This document shows, piece after piece, positions 1-11,737 of a stretch of 64,000 bases of DNA. The first letter of the stretch is position 1; each line of letters starts with the position of its first letter. A program made the position numbers and the translations under genes. This stretch comes from an uncultured Verrucomicrobiota bacterium. GTDB lineage: Bacteria; Verrucomicrobiota; Kiritimatiellia; CAJWTS01. Below the pieces are notes generated by a model. The model was not told where the DNA came from, searched no databases, and was given only the letters and a program-made list of their open reading frames with translations. The stretch covers positions 5,232-69,231 of the forward strand of contig CAJWTS010000011.1 in the NCBI GenBank assembly GCA_913047795.1, given 5' to 3'.

Positions 1-1
1 G

Positions 2-814
2 GCGGAGACGGATGGGATCCCCGGTGACTGCGATGCGTTGATCGTGGCCGGCCCCACGACGCAGGTGCCTGACGCGGAGGTCGAACATATTTCGCGGTTC
101 CTGGATCGCAACGGAAGGGTGATGATCCTTGTCGATCCGTTTGTGCGATCGGGACTTGAGTTGCTGCTCGACGGGTGGGGTGTGCGTCTCGCGACCGACG
201 TTGTCATCGACCGCGTTTCGCTTACCGGCGGGCGCGAGTTCTATGTCGGCCGCTACGGGCGGCACAAGATTACGACGAGCCTGAAGAACGTGGCCACGAT
301 ATTTTCGATGCCGCGCTCGGTGGAGCCGCAGGTCTCGCGCGAGGTTCCTGACTCGGAGCGTAGCGACAAGCCGCGTGTGCAGATCCTTGCGTTGACGTCC
401 AAGAGTAGTTGGGCCAAGCGGGATTTCAGGCGCAAGTCGCTCAGTTTCGATCCCGACGTCGATCGACTCGGACCGGTCTCGCTCGCGGTGGCCGTTGAGA
501 AGGGCGCCGTGGAGGGGGTCGATGTGGCGCTTGAGCCCAGCCGGATTGTTGTCGTGGGTGATTCGGATCTTGGCGCGAACCAGTCGCTGGACAGCGGCGC
601 GGGCGGCAACGAAGATTTCTTTATGAATTGTTTGAACTGGCTGTTGGCGCGCGAGTCCCTACTTGCTATTTCGCCGAAACCGCTCGGGTCTGCGATCTAT
701 CAGGCCTCGCGCGACCAATTCGGATGGACGCTTGCGGCACTGGTGGGCGGAATTCCCCTTTGTGTCTGTATGCTGGGCGTATTGATATGGGTGGGGCGCC
801 GGCGTGGATCGTGA
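2..814 (+). CDS. GldG-like ABC-type uncharacterized transport auxiliary component (5'-partial)
   Basis: Frame is open from the window start (AETDGIPGDCDALIVAGP). Motifs RVMILVDP, GPVSLAVAVE, RIVVVGDSD, GNEDFFMNCLNWL and a C-terminal TM helix. Followed by a DUF4340 gene, the usual pairing. Confidence 0.8.
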   Translation, partial: AETDGIPGDCDALIVAGPTTQVPDAEVEHISRFLDRNGRVMILVDPFVRSGLELLLDGWGVRLATDVVIDRVSLTGGREFYVGRYGRHKITTSLKNVATIFSMPRSVEPQVSREVPDSERSDKPRVQILALTSKSSWAKRDFRRKSLSFDPDVDRLGPVSLAVAVEKGAVEGVDVALEPSRIVVVGDSDLGANQSLDSGAGGNEDFFMNCLNWLLARESLLAISPKPLGSAIYQASRDQFGWTLAALVGGIPLCVCMLGVLIWVGRRRGS

Positions 815-860
815 TCAGCCCGACGCCCGTCGAGTCCGCCGGGACGGGCCGGAGTAGGAT

Positions 861-2726
861 ATGACCGGGAAAACAACGTTTCGATTGTTCGTCATCGTCT
901 GCCTCATGGGGGCGTTCGTCTGGGCCGTGCGCCGTGAAAAGAGCGTCGACCCGGGGCCCGATGTAGTCGTGGCGGGCATGCGCTCCGACGAAATACGGGA
1001 GCTTCGCCTGCGCATGCGCGATGTCGATATGACCTGTCGCAAAGTGGGTCACGGGTGGCAAGTCGTGCGGCCGGTGTCGACGCGTGGGAATTCAGCCTTT
1101 ATCGAACGCTTGCTGGTCATGGTTGAAGAGTTGCCCCGGCTGGAAACGGTTGGGTCTGCGGATATGCACCACCGCTTTCTGACGCTGTCCGATTACGCGC
1201 TTGAAGAACCGCGTGTCAGGATTGACCTGGTTCAGGACGATCGCACCTGGGAATTGCAGGTCGGCCGTCTGTCGCCGCTGGGCGACGTGCTTTACGTCAA
1301 GCTCGCGGCCGAGGATAACGTGATTGCAACCTCGACCAATCTGTTCGTCGCTCTGCCGGCGGACGTGTCGGAGTTACGGGATCGCGGACTTTTTCAGCGC
1401 GATCCAGGCCAGGTCGAGCGCCTCGAACTGGAACGGGCAGGTCAGAGTTTCGTGCGCGTCGTGAGAGCGAATGACGGCTGGTATCTGAGACAGCCGATGG
1501 ATGTGCGGGCCGATGGACAGCGCGTCGCCGGGTTGCTCGATCAACTCTATACGTTGCGCGCGCAGTCGTTTGTGTGGGATCCGCGTCCCGGCGATACGAC
1601 TGACGAGCCCGAAGTTTACGGTACACGACCGGACCAGGCGGCGATGCAGATTCGCATTTGGCACAAGGGTAGCGCGACGCCTTCAGAGGTGGTGATTGGC
1701 AAGGCGATCGACGAGTGGAAGGGTTACTATGCGAGCGCACGCGATCTGAATGGAATCGTGGCGATCACGAGCAGCGTGATCGACGCGGTTGCGCAGATTC
1801 CAGGCGATACCTTGCGGGAGCGTCGAATATTGACGACGCATGCGGAGTGGGTCACCGCGATTCACGTCGAAGAGAATGATCGTCGCTTGAGTTTGCGGCG
1901 CGATAGGAAGGGGCCGTGGCAGATCGAAGCGCCGGTCCAGTGGCCTGCCGACGGGGAGAACGTACAGCGGTTTCTCGCCGCGATTACATTGATCCAGGCG
2001 GAGACATTCCACGAGGGCACGAACCTTGCCGCCTATGGACTCGCCCCGGCTGCTGCTACCGTGGAATTGCTCAGCGAGGGTCTGAGGCAGGGGCAGTCCA
2101 GGGATGATCCCCCGCGCGGTCAGCGGCTTGTCATCGGTACGACCGTCACTCAGGGCGTAACCTACGTGAAGTTGGATGATGCGGAGACGATCTTCGGTGT
2201 CGCGGCTGACAACATCGCCGGACTCTGGCCGCACCTTGCAGAATCGAGCGATCGCAGCCGCGTGAATCCGCTACTGTTACGCGATCGTTCGATGTTGACC
2301 GTGAATCCGGATGCGGTTCGTGGGTTGACGCTGCGTAAGGACGGCGTGTCCCGGAGTGTGCAGCGCTCCGGGGACGGCCAATGGCGCGTCGGGGATGAGG
2401 CGGACGGCTCGGTAGTCCAGGAGGCGGTGATCGACGTTTTGATCGCACTCGCCCGACTGCGAGCGCTGCGGATCGAGGCGCACAACGAGACGAACCTGGC
2501 GCGGTTTGGACTGGATGAGCCCGCCATCACGCTCACCGTTGCACTCGACGCCAGCGAGGGAATCCAGAAAATCATCATGATCGGTTTCCGGGCAAGGACG
2601 GACGGGGTCTATGCCATGGTCCAGGGCACGGATCTCGTTTTTGTGCTCGAGGCGCGCGTGGCTGCCACATTGATGCGGGATCTCGTGGGGCCGCGCGCTC
2701 CGGCGAACGGGGATGAAGGGTTCTGA
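861..2726 (+). CDS. DUF4340 domain protein (about three repeated modules)
   Basis: N-terminal anchor and repeated modules (W.l..P....Ad, YGL..P, L.IG, YVK, LRDR). Confidence 0.8.
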   Translation: MTGKTTFRLFVIVCLMGAFVWAVRREKSVDPGPDVVVAGMRSDEIRELRLRMRDVDMTCRKVGHGWQVVRPVSTRGNSAFIERLLVMVEELPRLETVGSADMHHRFLTLSDYALEEPRVRIDLVQDDRTWELQVGRLSPLGDVLYVKLAAEDNVIATSTNLFVALPADVSELRDRGLFQRDPGQVERLELERAGQSFVRVVRANDGWYLRQPMDVRADGQRVAGLLDQLYTLRAQSFVWDPRPGDTTDEPEVYGTRPDQAAMQIRIWHKGSATPSEVVIGKAIDEWKGYYASARDLNGIVAITSSVIDAVAQIPGDTLRERRILTTHAEWVTAIHVEENDRRLSLRRDRKGPWQIEAPVQWPADGENVQRFLAAITLIQAETFHEGTNLAAYGLAPAAATVELLSEGLRQGQSRDDPPRGQRLVIGTTVTQGVTYVKLDDAETIFGVAADNIAGLWPHLAESSDRSRVNPLLLRDRSMLTVNPDAVRGLTLRKDGVSRSVQRSGDGQWRVGDEADGSVVQEAVIDVLIALARLRALRIEAHNETNLARFGLDEPAITLTVALDASEGIQKIIMIGFRARTDGVYAMVQGTDLVFVLEARVAATLMRDLVGPRAPANGDEGF

Positions 2727-4644
2727 CGTGGCCCGCCGGCAACAGGGATCGCGCGTATCGCGCGCCGCGTGCTGGTTGCTTGGCCTGCTGCTTAAAACCC
2801 TGAGATACGTGGGGGTCCTCCTGGTTCTGCTTGCGATCGCATTCACCTGGTACGGATTGCCCACGCCGATCACCGCACATCTTATGCGTAACGTCGATAC
2901 GGGGAATCTCGCCGTCAATGCGCGGCGGGTTCAACTCGATCTTCGCCACGGCCTGCGTTTTCGCGACGCAATGATTTATAGAAAAGGCGACATTGGCCCG
3001 CCGGTGATGGAGGCCGCGGACCTCGTTCTTTCGATCAGTCCGATGGCGCTGTGGCGTGGCGGGCAACCCTTGCGCGGCATGATCCTGAGGGACGGCACCC
3101 TGCGACGCAGCAAGGGAGGGCGACCGCGGGGGTCTGCGCGCGATCCGCTGACGCTCTGGCTCGAGATCGAAGATTGTGAGGTGTTGGGTATCTGGATTGA
3201 ATCCGCGAACCTGACCTATCGCACCAACGCGCGCGACATCTGGTACGACAACATGCATGGCATCGCCGGCAAGGGTGACGGCAGTGGTCCCTTCAGCGCC
3301 TCGGTTCACCTGAACACAGCGGAACGGAAGTACGACGGTCATGTTCAGGCGCGGATCGACCTGGCTTCCTTTCATGGATTTTTCGAAGCGTTCGGTCTGG
3401 ACACGGTGATCGACTTCACGCAGCGCTTCACCTTTGAAAACGAAATGCCATCCGGCACGGTGGACTTCGCGGGTGCCATTGGTTCCCCCGGGTTCATCGA
3501 CGTCAGCGGGAAATTCGACATGCCGAATACGCGTTATCGCGACACGGCCTGCGATCGTTTTCTTGCCACGTTCAATGTCTTCATGTCCGGAACCAATCGC
3601 ACGATTCGCGTCGATCCCGTAACCATCGTTCGCGATGAGAAGGTCATGGAGGCCGCGTTTACGCTTTATCCCGTGCCGGGCGTGATCGACTTCAAATTGG
3701 ATTCTACCCTTCAGCCCGAGATGGCGGCCCGGATGATGGATCCGGGGCTGGTAAAATTGTTAAAACCGTTCACCTTTGGCGAATCGACCACGGTAGATGC
3801 GCGCGGTCACCTGCGGCCCGGCTTCCTCGACGAAACAAGTATCAGCGGGGAGATCCACGGAACCGGCCTGGGATGGGGGCACTACCAGACCGACGTCTGC
3901 CGCTTCGCGCTTGATATTAGCGGGCGCACGACATCGGTCAACCGCATCGAGGGTGAAATCTATGGAGGTAAGGTTACCGGTCGCGTCCGAATCTATCCGG
4001 ATGAGACCGGGACCAACCATCACTACGCGGTTGCCGGGCGACTCGAGGCTGTCCGTCTGAAAGATCTGATTGAGAGCTCCGCAGGTAAGGAGGTTGTTAA
4101 CCTGGAGGGACGGCTGACTGTGACCGGCTACGTACGCGGAATGACGGCATCCGGGCTGGGGCCGCCGGCGGATGGCAGGTTCAAGGCCAGCGTTCGGAAG
4201 GGGCGCCTGTTTCGCGTGCCGCTATTCGGAGGTCTGACCGAACTGATGGCCCGTTGGATCCCGGGATTGAGTGGAATCGCGCGACAACAGGAGGCGTCTG
4301 CGACGTTCGAAATCAGGGACGGGGCGGCGCATACAAAAAAGTTGCAGATTGACGGCAACGTATTGCGTTTGTCAGCCGAGGGGCGCTACCGTTTCGACCG
4401 CCACCTGGATTTCGACGTCCATGTTACGCTTGCCAAGAAAGGCTTGGTAAGGGATATCCTTCGGTTTCCGATCGAGCTACTCAACGAGACGTTCTTTGAG
4501 ATTGTCCTGACGGGGACGACGAAGGATCCGAACTGGTACCTCAAGCGATTCTCGCGCGATCTGTTCAAAAAACTGGGATTCTTCGATAAAAAGGATAAGG
4601 ATAGCGTAGATCCGAAGGGGCAGGCACAAGAGGAAGGTGACTAA
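2713..4644 (+). CDS. AsmA-like (lipid-bridge family) protein
   Basis: 643 aa, N-terminal TM, beta-rich body with YGGKVTG; C-terminal region LSAEGRYRFDRHLDF...LTGTTKDPNW is typical of the AsmA-like C-terminus. Confidence 0.7.
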   Translation: MKGSDVARRQQGSRVSRAACWLLGLLLKTLRYVGVLLVLLAIAFTWYGLPTPITAHLMRNVDTGNLAVNARRVQLDLRHGLRFRDAMIYRKGDIGPPVMEAADLVLSISPMALWRGGQPLRGMILRDGTLRRSKGGRPRGSARDPLTLWLEIEDCEVLGIWIESANLTYRTNARDIWYDNMHGIAGKGDGSGPFSASVHLNTAERKYDGHVQARIDLASFHGFFEAFGLDTVIDFTQRFTFENEMPSGTVDFAGAIGSPGFIDVSGKFDMPNTRYRDTACDRFLATFNVFMSGTNRTIRVDPVTIVRDEKVMEAAFTLYPVPGVIDFKLDSTLQPEMAARMMDPGLVKLLKPFTFGESTTVDARGHLRPGFLDETSISGEIHGTGLGWGHYQTDVCRFALDISGRTTSVNRIEGEIYGGKVTGRVRIYPDETGTNHHYAVAGRLEAVRLKDLIESSAGKEVVNLEGRLTVTGYVRGMTASGLGPPADGRFKASVRKGRLFRVPLFGGLTELMARWIPGLSGIARQQEASATFEIRDGAAHTKKLQIDGNVLRLSAEGRYRFDRHLDFDVHVTLAKKGLVRDILRFPIELLNETFFEIVLTGTTKDPNWYLKRFSRDLFKKLGFFDKKDKDSVDPKGQAQEEGD

Positions 4645-5188
4645 AGCGATGACGTTATCAGCGATGAGCATCTGGCTGGGGGCCGCGCTGGCGCTTGCAC
4701 ACGGCGTCGCGCTATTGAACCCGTCCCTCGCCCGGCAGTGGATACGATCCTTCCCGCGCAGCCGCATCGCGGCGTGGATTCTAACCGCTGTGGACGTGGC
4801 CTGGGTTGCCTTTCTGCTTTACGATGCCAATGTCGAGTTGATCCACCGCGTGCGCTGGATTATCCCGTATCTCGCCCCGGTTGCGTACGTCATGATCATT
4901 TTCTGCATGAATGAATTGCTCGCCCCACGGGCGCTCGGCGGCCTGCTGTTGCTCCTGCCGGCCCCGATGCTCGACGCCGCGCGCTGGCACGCGTCGCCCT
5001 GGCGACTGGTTATTATTCTGCTGGCCTACTTGTGGGTTGTTGAGGGTGGCATCCTCGTATTGAGTCCGTATCGCTTCCGACGCTGGTTGGCCGGTTGGGT
5101 CGCCAACGACGGTCGTTGCCGCCTGGGCGGCGCGTTGGGGCTTGGATTCGGCGTGGTCCTCGTGCTGCTCGGATTCAGCTTGTACTGA
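4637..5188 (+). CDS. hypothetical integral membrane protein
   Basis: 183 aa with 5-6 hydrophobic segments; overlaps the upstream stop; contains ELLAPRALGGLLLL and SPYRFR. Confidence 0.7.
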   Translation: MTKAMTLSAMSIWLGAALALAHGVALLNPSLARQWIRSFPRSRIAAWILTAVDVAWVAFLLYDANVELIHRVRWIIPYLAPVAYVMIIFCMNELLAPRALGGLLLLLPAPMLDAARWHASPWRLVIILLAYLWVVEGGILVLSPYRFRRWLAGWVANDGRCRLGGALGLGFGVVLVLLGFSLY

Positions 5189-5211
5189 TCGGTTGGGGAC
5201 GGCCTCGCGAC

Positions 5212-6530
<1,319 letters not shown>

Positions 6531-6531
<1 letters not shown>

Positions 6532-8066
6532 TACGTGCCTCCCCCTGTCGCGGCCGGCCGGGCGGTGCGGGTGATGACGTGTGGGCTGGGCGGAACGACG
6601 CGCCCCGGAAACTCGGATGCACTCAGCCGCTCCAGCTCGGCAACCATGGCGTGGCCGAGCACGTGTTCGATTTGATCCGCATTGCTGTCGACGTGAATCG
6701 GGGCGATATCCGCGTGCGTGATCAGGTATGTCTCCCAGAGTCGATGATTGCGAACGACCCGTTCGGCTGCCGCCAGTCCCTCGATCGTAAGCTGCACGCG
6801 ACCTCCGCCGCCCGTTCGGATCAGGTCGTCACGCCGCGCGCGGCGCATCGCCCGGCGTAGGACACCGTGGGTCCAGGACTGCTCCTGCATGAGTTCGCCC
6901 AATGGCATGCCGGAGCGCACCACGGCGTCGGTTGCCGGTTTGCCAGGGACGGCATGCTCCTCGTTCCACTCGAATAGCGCGCGCAGCAAGTGCTGGCGTT
7001 CAACCGTGCGCCGCACGCGACGGTGTCGCGCCGTGCCGTGCACCACACCGCGCGCGGATCCAAAGATCATGCTGATGATAAAGAGGCCGGTGGCCACCAC
7101 GACGATGACGGCACCGGCCGGTATGCGCGGGGCGAGCGCGCTGATACAGGCGCCTAGCAGGCAGCTCACTTCACCGATGAGCGCCGCAATCAGAATCAGC
7201 CGGCCGAGCTTATACGTCCAAAACCTCGCGGCCGCCGCCGGAATAATCAGCAGGGCGATCATCAGGATGAGTCCGACCGCCTGCAGGCCGATCACCGTAA
7301 CGACCACGACGAGGCTCATCATGATAATGTCCAGTTTAACGCTGGGGCGGCCCTGCGCGTTGCTGTAGTCCTGGTCGAAACAGACCAGCGAAAACTCTTT
7401 GAAGAAGATTGTGGCAAGAAAGATGACGACCAGCGCTGCGGCGCCGATCAGCCATGCGTCTGAGGCGAGCATGGACGCCGTCTTGCCGTAGATAAAGGAC
7501 TCGAGCCCGGCGGCATGCCCGACGTTGAGTTGTTGAATGATGCCCAATAGGGCCACGCCAAGGCCGAAGAAGACGCTGAGCACGATGCCGAGCGCCGCGT
7601 CTTCCTTGAGACGGGTCTGGGTGCGAATCAGCAGAACGAGACCCATGCCGATCATTCCGAACACGAGCGCGCCGGTCAACAGGCCCGGCAGGAATTTCCC
7701 GCTGCCACCGTAGGACGTCATGACCAGAAATGCGACGCCGATACCCGGCAGAGTCGCGTGGCTGATGGCGTCGCCCATCAACGCGCGCCTGCGCAGCAGC
7801 ATGAAAGAACCGACGATTCCGGCCGCGATGCCGAGCATCATTGATCCAAGTGCGACGACCCGCAGGTTGTAATCGTCGAAGCTCAGTACGCGGACGAGTT
7901 TCTCAACGGTCGGCAGTGCTACCGTGGTATCGGTGATCGACCGTGTTTCGACGGCTTCAGCCCCCGGCAAGGCAAGCGTTAGGCCAAGCAGGATCAATGC
8001 GGCCGTGTACAATCGACGAACGCCGGCCGGCCGGCGGCGCGTATGCTTGTTGTGTCCTGGATTCAT
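6531..8066 (-). CDS. Mn/Zn/Fe ABC permease (TroC/MntC-like) fused to a C-terminal DtxR-like domain
   Basis: LMGDAISHATLPG, KEDAALGIVLS, GLQAVGLILM; C-terminal VVRNHRLWETYL...ADQIEHVL...SPH. Confidence 0.9.
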
Positions 8067-8165
8067 GCGTCCTGGTTCCGGGGCCTCGTTCGTCTCTGCG
8101 GGTCTCCGTTCGGTTGCTGTCGTGACACCGGGATAAAGGCCATTGGATAAGCGGCCGGGCGCCGA

Positions 8166-8993
8166 CTAGCGTCGGCGCGCACGGGCGAGGGCGTGTCCTG
8201 CCTCGTCAAGCAACGTCAACTTTCCGCCGTATGTCTTCTGGAGCATTTCCGGTGTGAAGACATCGCGCGTCGGTCCGGCGGCAACGATGCGCATATTGAG
8301 CAGCACAACTTCGTCAAAATACTCCGGCACGGTCTGAAGATCGTGATGGACACAGAGCACGGTCTTGCCGTTCGCGAGCAGATCCTGCAGCAGGGTGATG
8401 ATGGCCTTTTCGGTTGCTGCGTCGACGCCCGAGAACGGTTCGTCCATGAAATAAAGTTGCGCATCCTGTACCAGCGCGCGGGCGAGGAAGATGCGCTGTT
8501 GCTGTCCGCCCGATAGTTGGCTGATCTGGCGCGACGCGTAGTCTGCCATGCCCACACGGTCCATGGCGTTGCGTGCGGCTTCGCGGTGGGTGCGCGTCAC
8601 GGGCCGGCACCAGCCGATCTTGGCGTAGCGGCCCATTGTCACGACGTCCAACGCGGTGACCGGGAAATCCCAGTCAACACTTTCGCGCTGCGGGACGTAT
8701 CCGACGAGATGCCGCTGCTGGGCGTAGGGATGGCCGTAGATCAGAACGCGTCCCGATGCGCGTGGCACCAGATCGAGAACGGATTTGATCAGGGTGCTTT
8801 TGCCCGCGCCGTTGGGCCCGATAATGCCGATAAGCTTTTTCTCCGGCGCGTCGTATTCGATATCCCAGAGGACCGGCTTGTGGTGATAGGCGACCGTCAT
8901 GTCGTCGATCGACAACGGTGCGTTCTCCGGATGTTCGGTTCCGAGCGTGCGATCTTCCGCGCGCTCGCGGGATAGTATGCCGGTGATTGCCAT
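8166..8993 (-). CDS. metal ABC transporter ATP-binding protein (TroB/MntB-like)
   Basis: Walker A GPNGAGKST, GYVPQRESVDWDFP, signature LSGGQQQR, MDEPF, VHHDL. Confidence 0.95.
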   Translation of the reverse strand: MAITGILSRERAEDRTLGTEHPENAPLSIDDMTVAYHHKPVLWDIEYDAPEKKLIGIIGPNGAGKSTLIKSVLDLVPRASGRVLIYGHPYAQQRHLVGYVPQRESVDWDFPVTALDVVTMGRYAKIGWCRPVTRTHREAARNAMDRVGMADYASRQISQLSGGQQQRIFLARALVQDAQLYFMDEPFSGVDAATEKAIITLLQDLLANGKTVLCVHHDLQTVPEYFDEVVLLNMRIVAAGPTRDVFTPEMLQKTYGGKLTLLDEAGHALARARRR

Positions 8994-9013
8994 GATGCGT
9001 GCTTCCGGATTTT

Positions 9014-10009
9014 CTAGTGCACGGCCTTCAAACTCAGGCGGCCGTTCAGTCCCTTTTCGGGCGCTTGGCCGCCAAGTGCGCGGGTGACGGTCGTGACGTT
9101 GTGATCGATCATGCCGATATAGGTTCCCTCATAAGTGCCTGCGGTTCCCATGGCGTCTGAGAACAGGGATCCGCCGATCCTGACTTCGTGCCCGCGTGCC
9201 CGCGCGCCCTCCTGCAGGGCTCGAATGTTCTTATCTGAAACGCTTGTCTCGACAAAAACGGCCCGGACGTTGCGGTCAACGATCTTGTCGACAAGCCGGC
9301 GAATGTCTTCCAGTCCGGCTTCCGATTCGGTGGAGATGCCCTGGATACCCAACACTTCAATATCGTAAGCGCGGCCGAAATAATTGAAGGCATCATGGGC
9401 CGTGATGAGAATACGGGACGTTTGGGGTATCGATTGAATCGCTGTTCTGGCGTAGGCATTGAGTTTCTCTAGCTGCTCCTTGTAGGCCTGTGCATTGGCG
9501 GCATACGTCGCGGCGTTGGGTGAATCGAAGGAGCTGAGGGCATCGCGCACGGCATCGACCGCCTTGATCCACCCGTTAGCGTCCATCCAGAGGTGGGGAT
9601 CGTAGTGACCCGCGAATTCGGGGGGTTCCAGGAGATATTCCGGGTCGACCAACTCGGTGACGGCAAAAACCGGCTTTTTCCCCGCGACCTTGATCAGGGT
9701 GTCCGTCATCTTCCCTTCGAGCATGAGCCCGCTGTAGAACACAACGTCGGCGCTCATGAGTTTGGCCACGTCGTTGCGCGTCGGCTTGTAGAGATGCGGA
9801 TCCACGCCGGTCCCGACGATACCCGTAATCTCGGCAACGTTCCCGGCTACCTGCCTGACGATATCTGCGACCATGCCGATTGTCGCGGTGACGTGGTAGG
9901 GGTAATCGCGTTCGAACGTGCCTTCGACCGGCGCGGGATTGCGCGAACAGGACGTCGCGAGGAGCAGTCCGAGACCGCATGCGAGTAGGTTGCGAACGTT
10001 GATATTCAT
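9014..10009 (-). CDS. metal ABC transporter substrate-binding lipoprotein (TroA/MntA-like)
   Basis: Lipobox-like LATSC; metal ligands in DPHLY, DPHLW, TAHDAF and FSDA. Confidence 0.95.
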   Translation of the reverse strand: MNINVRNLLACGLGLLLATSCSRNPAPVEGTFERDYPYHVTATIGMVADIVRQVAGNVAEITGIVGTGVDPHLYKPTRNDVAKLMSADVVFYSGLMLEGKMTDTLIKVAGKKPVFAVTELVDPEYLLEPPEFAGHYDPHLWMDANGWIKAVDAVRDALSSFDSPNAATYAANAQAYKEQLEKLNAYARTAIQSIPQTSRILITAHDAFNYFGRAYDIEVLGIQGISTESEAGLEDIRRLVDKIVDRNVRAVFVETSVSDKNIRALQEGARARGHEVRIGGSLFSDAMGTAGTYEGTYIGMIDHNVTTVTRALGGQAPEKGLNGRLSLKAVH

Positions 10010-10680
10010 CTCTTTTTCCTGGTTGTGGTCGATACGAATACGTGTGGCGTGGCCTCCTCGCCGAGGCTCAACTCCCGACCATCATGCCGAATGGTTAGCG
10101 AGTCTCCGAAGGGTTCACGATTCACGATTTCGATGTCGGTTCCGGGATATAGCTTCAGGTCTCCGAGGTAGCGTAGAAGATCGGAGTCGTCATCATTCAC
10201 CTCCAGGATCCGGACCGTCTGACCGGCATCGATTTCTGACAATGGCATGGAGTCCACACGGGCGATCTGGCCGTCCTTGGTCGGGATGGGGGAGCCGTGC
10301 GGGTCTGTGCTGACATCGTCCAGGGCGGCGGCCATACGGTCCTCGACGTCATCAGAAAGCACGTGCTCGAGTTTCTCGGCTTCTTCATGTACGCGGTCCC
10401 AGGGAACACCCAGTGCTTTAGAGAGGTACAACTCGACCAGGCGATGATGGCGAATGACCTCCAACGCGATCATTTCGCCGTTCGGATGCAGACGTACGCC
10501 CTTGTAAGGAACGTATTGGATGAGTTCCATTTCGGATGACGCCAGCTTCTGCAGCATGTTCGTAACAGATGCCGGACGCTGACCAAGTTTGTCGGCGAGA
10601 ACGGTGGTGGTTACCCAATTATCGCCATCCTGCAGGTGATATATGTTCTTCAGAAAATTCTCTACAGATTGTGAAATCAT
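10006..10680 (-). CDS. mntR: DtxR/MntR family metal-dependent repressor with FeoA-like C-terminal domain
   Basis: ENFLKNIY, PASVTNMLQKL HTH, RHHRLVELYL, HEEAEKLEH, DPHGSPIP, FeoA-like tail. Confidence 0.92.
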   Translation of the reverse strand: MISQSVENFLKNIYHLQDGDNWVTTTVLADKLGQRPASVTNMLQKLASSEMELIQYVPYKGVRLHPNGEMIALEVIRHHRLVELYLSKALGVPWDRVHEEAEKLEHVLSDDVEDRMAAALDDVSTDPHGSPIPTKDGQIARVDSMPLSEIDAGQTVRILEVNDDDSDLLRYLGDLKLYPGTDIEIVNREPFGDSLTIRHDGRELSLGEEATPHVFVSTTTRKKR

Positions 10681-10702
10681 ATTTATCCTTACAAAACTGT
10701 TA

Positions 10703-10720
10703 ATTTAGGGGTACCTAAAT
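10703..10720. promoter_or_regulatory. DtxR/MntR operator palindrome ATTTAGG-GGTA-CCTAAAT
   Basis: Perfect 7-bp inverted repeat 22 bp upstream of mntR, resembling TTAGG-N-CCTAA DtxR-family boxes. A minus-strand TTGACA lies at 10731-10736. Confidence 0.8.
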
Positions 10721-10840
10721 ATAGCCGGGGTGTCAAGCGGTAGGATCGCAAGCTGTTCCGACGTGGCCGGTCGTCATGGCCCTCTCGGCTGGAAATATTG
10801 TAAGGTATGTGTGCACAGAGACGATGACCGCAAGATCATA

Positions 10841-11737
10841 GTGAAAAAGGTGCTCATAAGTGGCGCGCGTGGCTTTGTTGGCACGCCGCTGGCGGCCGCT
10901 CTGCGGGAAGACGGTTATGCCGTCACGGCGCTATCACGTCGTGAGGGTGGAAGCGGCGTGGTTAGCTGGGACCCGGCCGCGGGACGTCTCGCGCCCGAGG
11001 ATGTGACAGGCTTCGATGCCGTCGTGCACCTGGCGGGTGAGGGCATCGCTACCGGCCGCTGGACGACGAAACGTAAACGGCTGATTCGCGACAGCAGGGT
11101 AGGGGGTACCCGCCTGCTGTGCGAGACGCTCGCGGCTGCATCAGCACTGCCGAGCGTTTTCATTTGCGCATCGGCGATCGGATATTACGGCGACCGTGGG
11201 TCGGAGGAACTTAGCGAAGAAAGCGCTGCGGGGAAGGGGTTTCTGGCCGAGGTCTGTCGCGATTGGGAGGCGGAGACGGTTCGACTCGCGGAGGCCGGCG
11301 TTCGGGTGGTCAACGCGCGTATCGGGGTTATACTAGGTCGCACTGGAGGCGCATTGCAACGTATGCTGCTGCCCTTCCGGCTTGGCCTCGGCGGAGTGAT
11401 AGGGGATGGTAACCAAGTGATGAGTTGGATTGCAGTCGAAGATGTTGTGAATGCGATCCGATTCGCGGTCGCGACGGAGGCGCTTTGTGGCCCGGTCAAT
11501 CTCACCGCACCCTCGCCCGTAGCCAATCGCTCCTTTACGAAATCACTCGGGCGCGCCCTGGCGCGGCCGACCGTGTTTCCGATGCCCGCCTTCGTCGCAC
11601 GGATTGCCTTCGGCGAGATGGCCGATGAACTCTTGCTTTCCAGTGCGCATGTTCTTCCGCGCAAGCTTCTCTCCGCCGGCTTCACCTTCAGCCATGCAGA
11701 ACTCGACGATGCCTTGCGTGCCGTTCTTGCGGACTGA
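10841..11737 (+). CDS. TIGR01777 family NAD-dependent epimerase (YfcH-like)
   Basis: ISGARGFVG, VVHLAGE, SASAIGYYG-type motif, GLGGVIGDGNQVMSWI; GTG start chosen at 10841. Confidence 0.9.
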   Translation: MKKVLISGARGFVGTPLAAALREDGYAVTALSRREGGSGVVSWDPAAGRLAPEDVTGFDAVVHLAGEGIATGRWTTKRKRLIRDSRVGGTRLLCETLAAASALPSVFICASAIGYYGDRGSEELSEESAAGKGFLAEVCRDWEAETVRLAEAGVRVVNARIGVILGRTGGALQRMLLPFRLGLGGVIGDGNQVMSWIAVEDVVNAIRFAVATEALCGPVNLTAPSPVANRSFTKSLGRALARPTVFPMPAFVARIAFGEMADELLLSSAHVLPRKLLSAGFTFSHAELDDALRAVLAD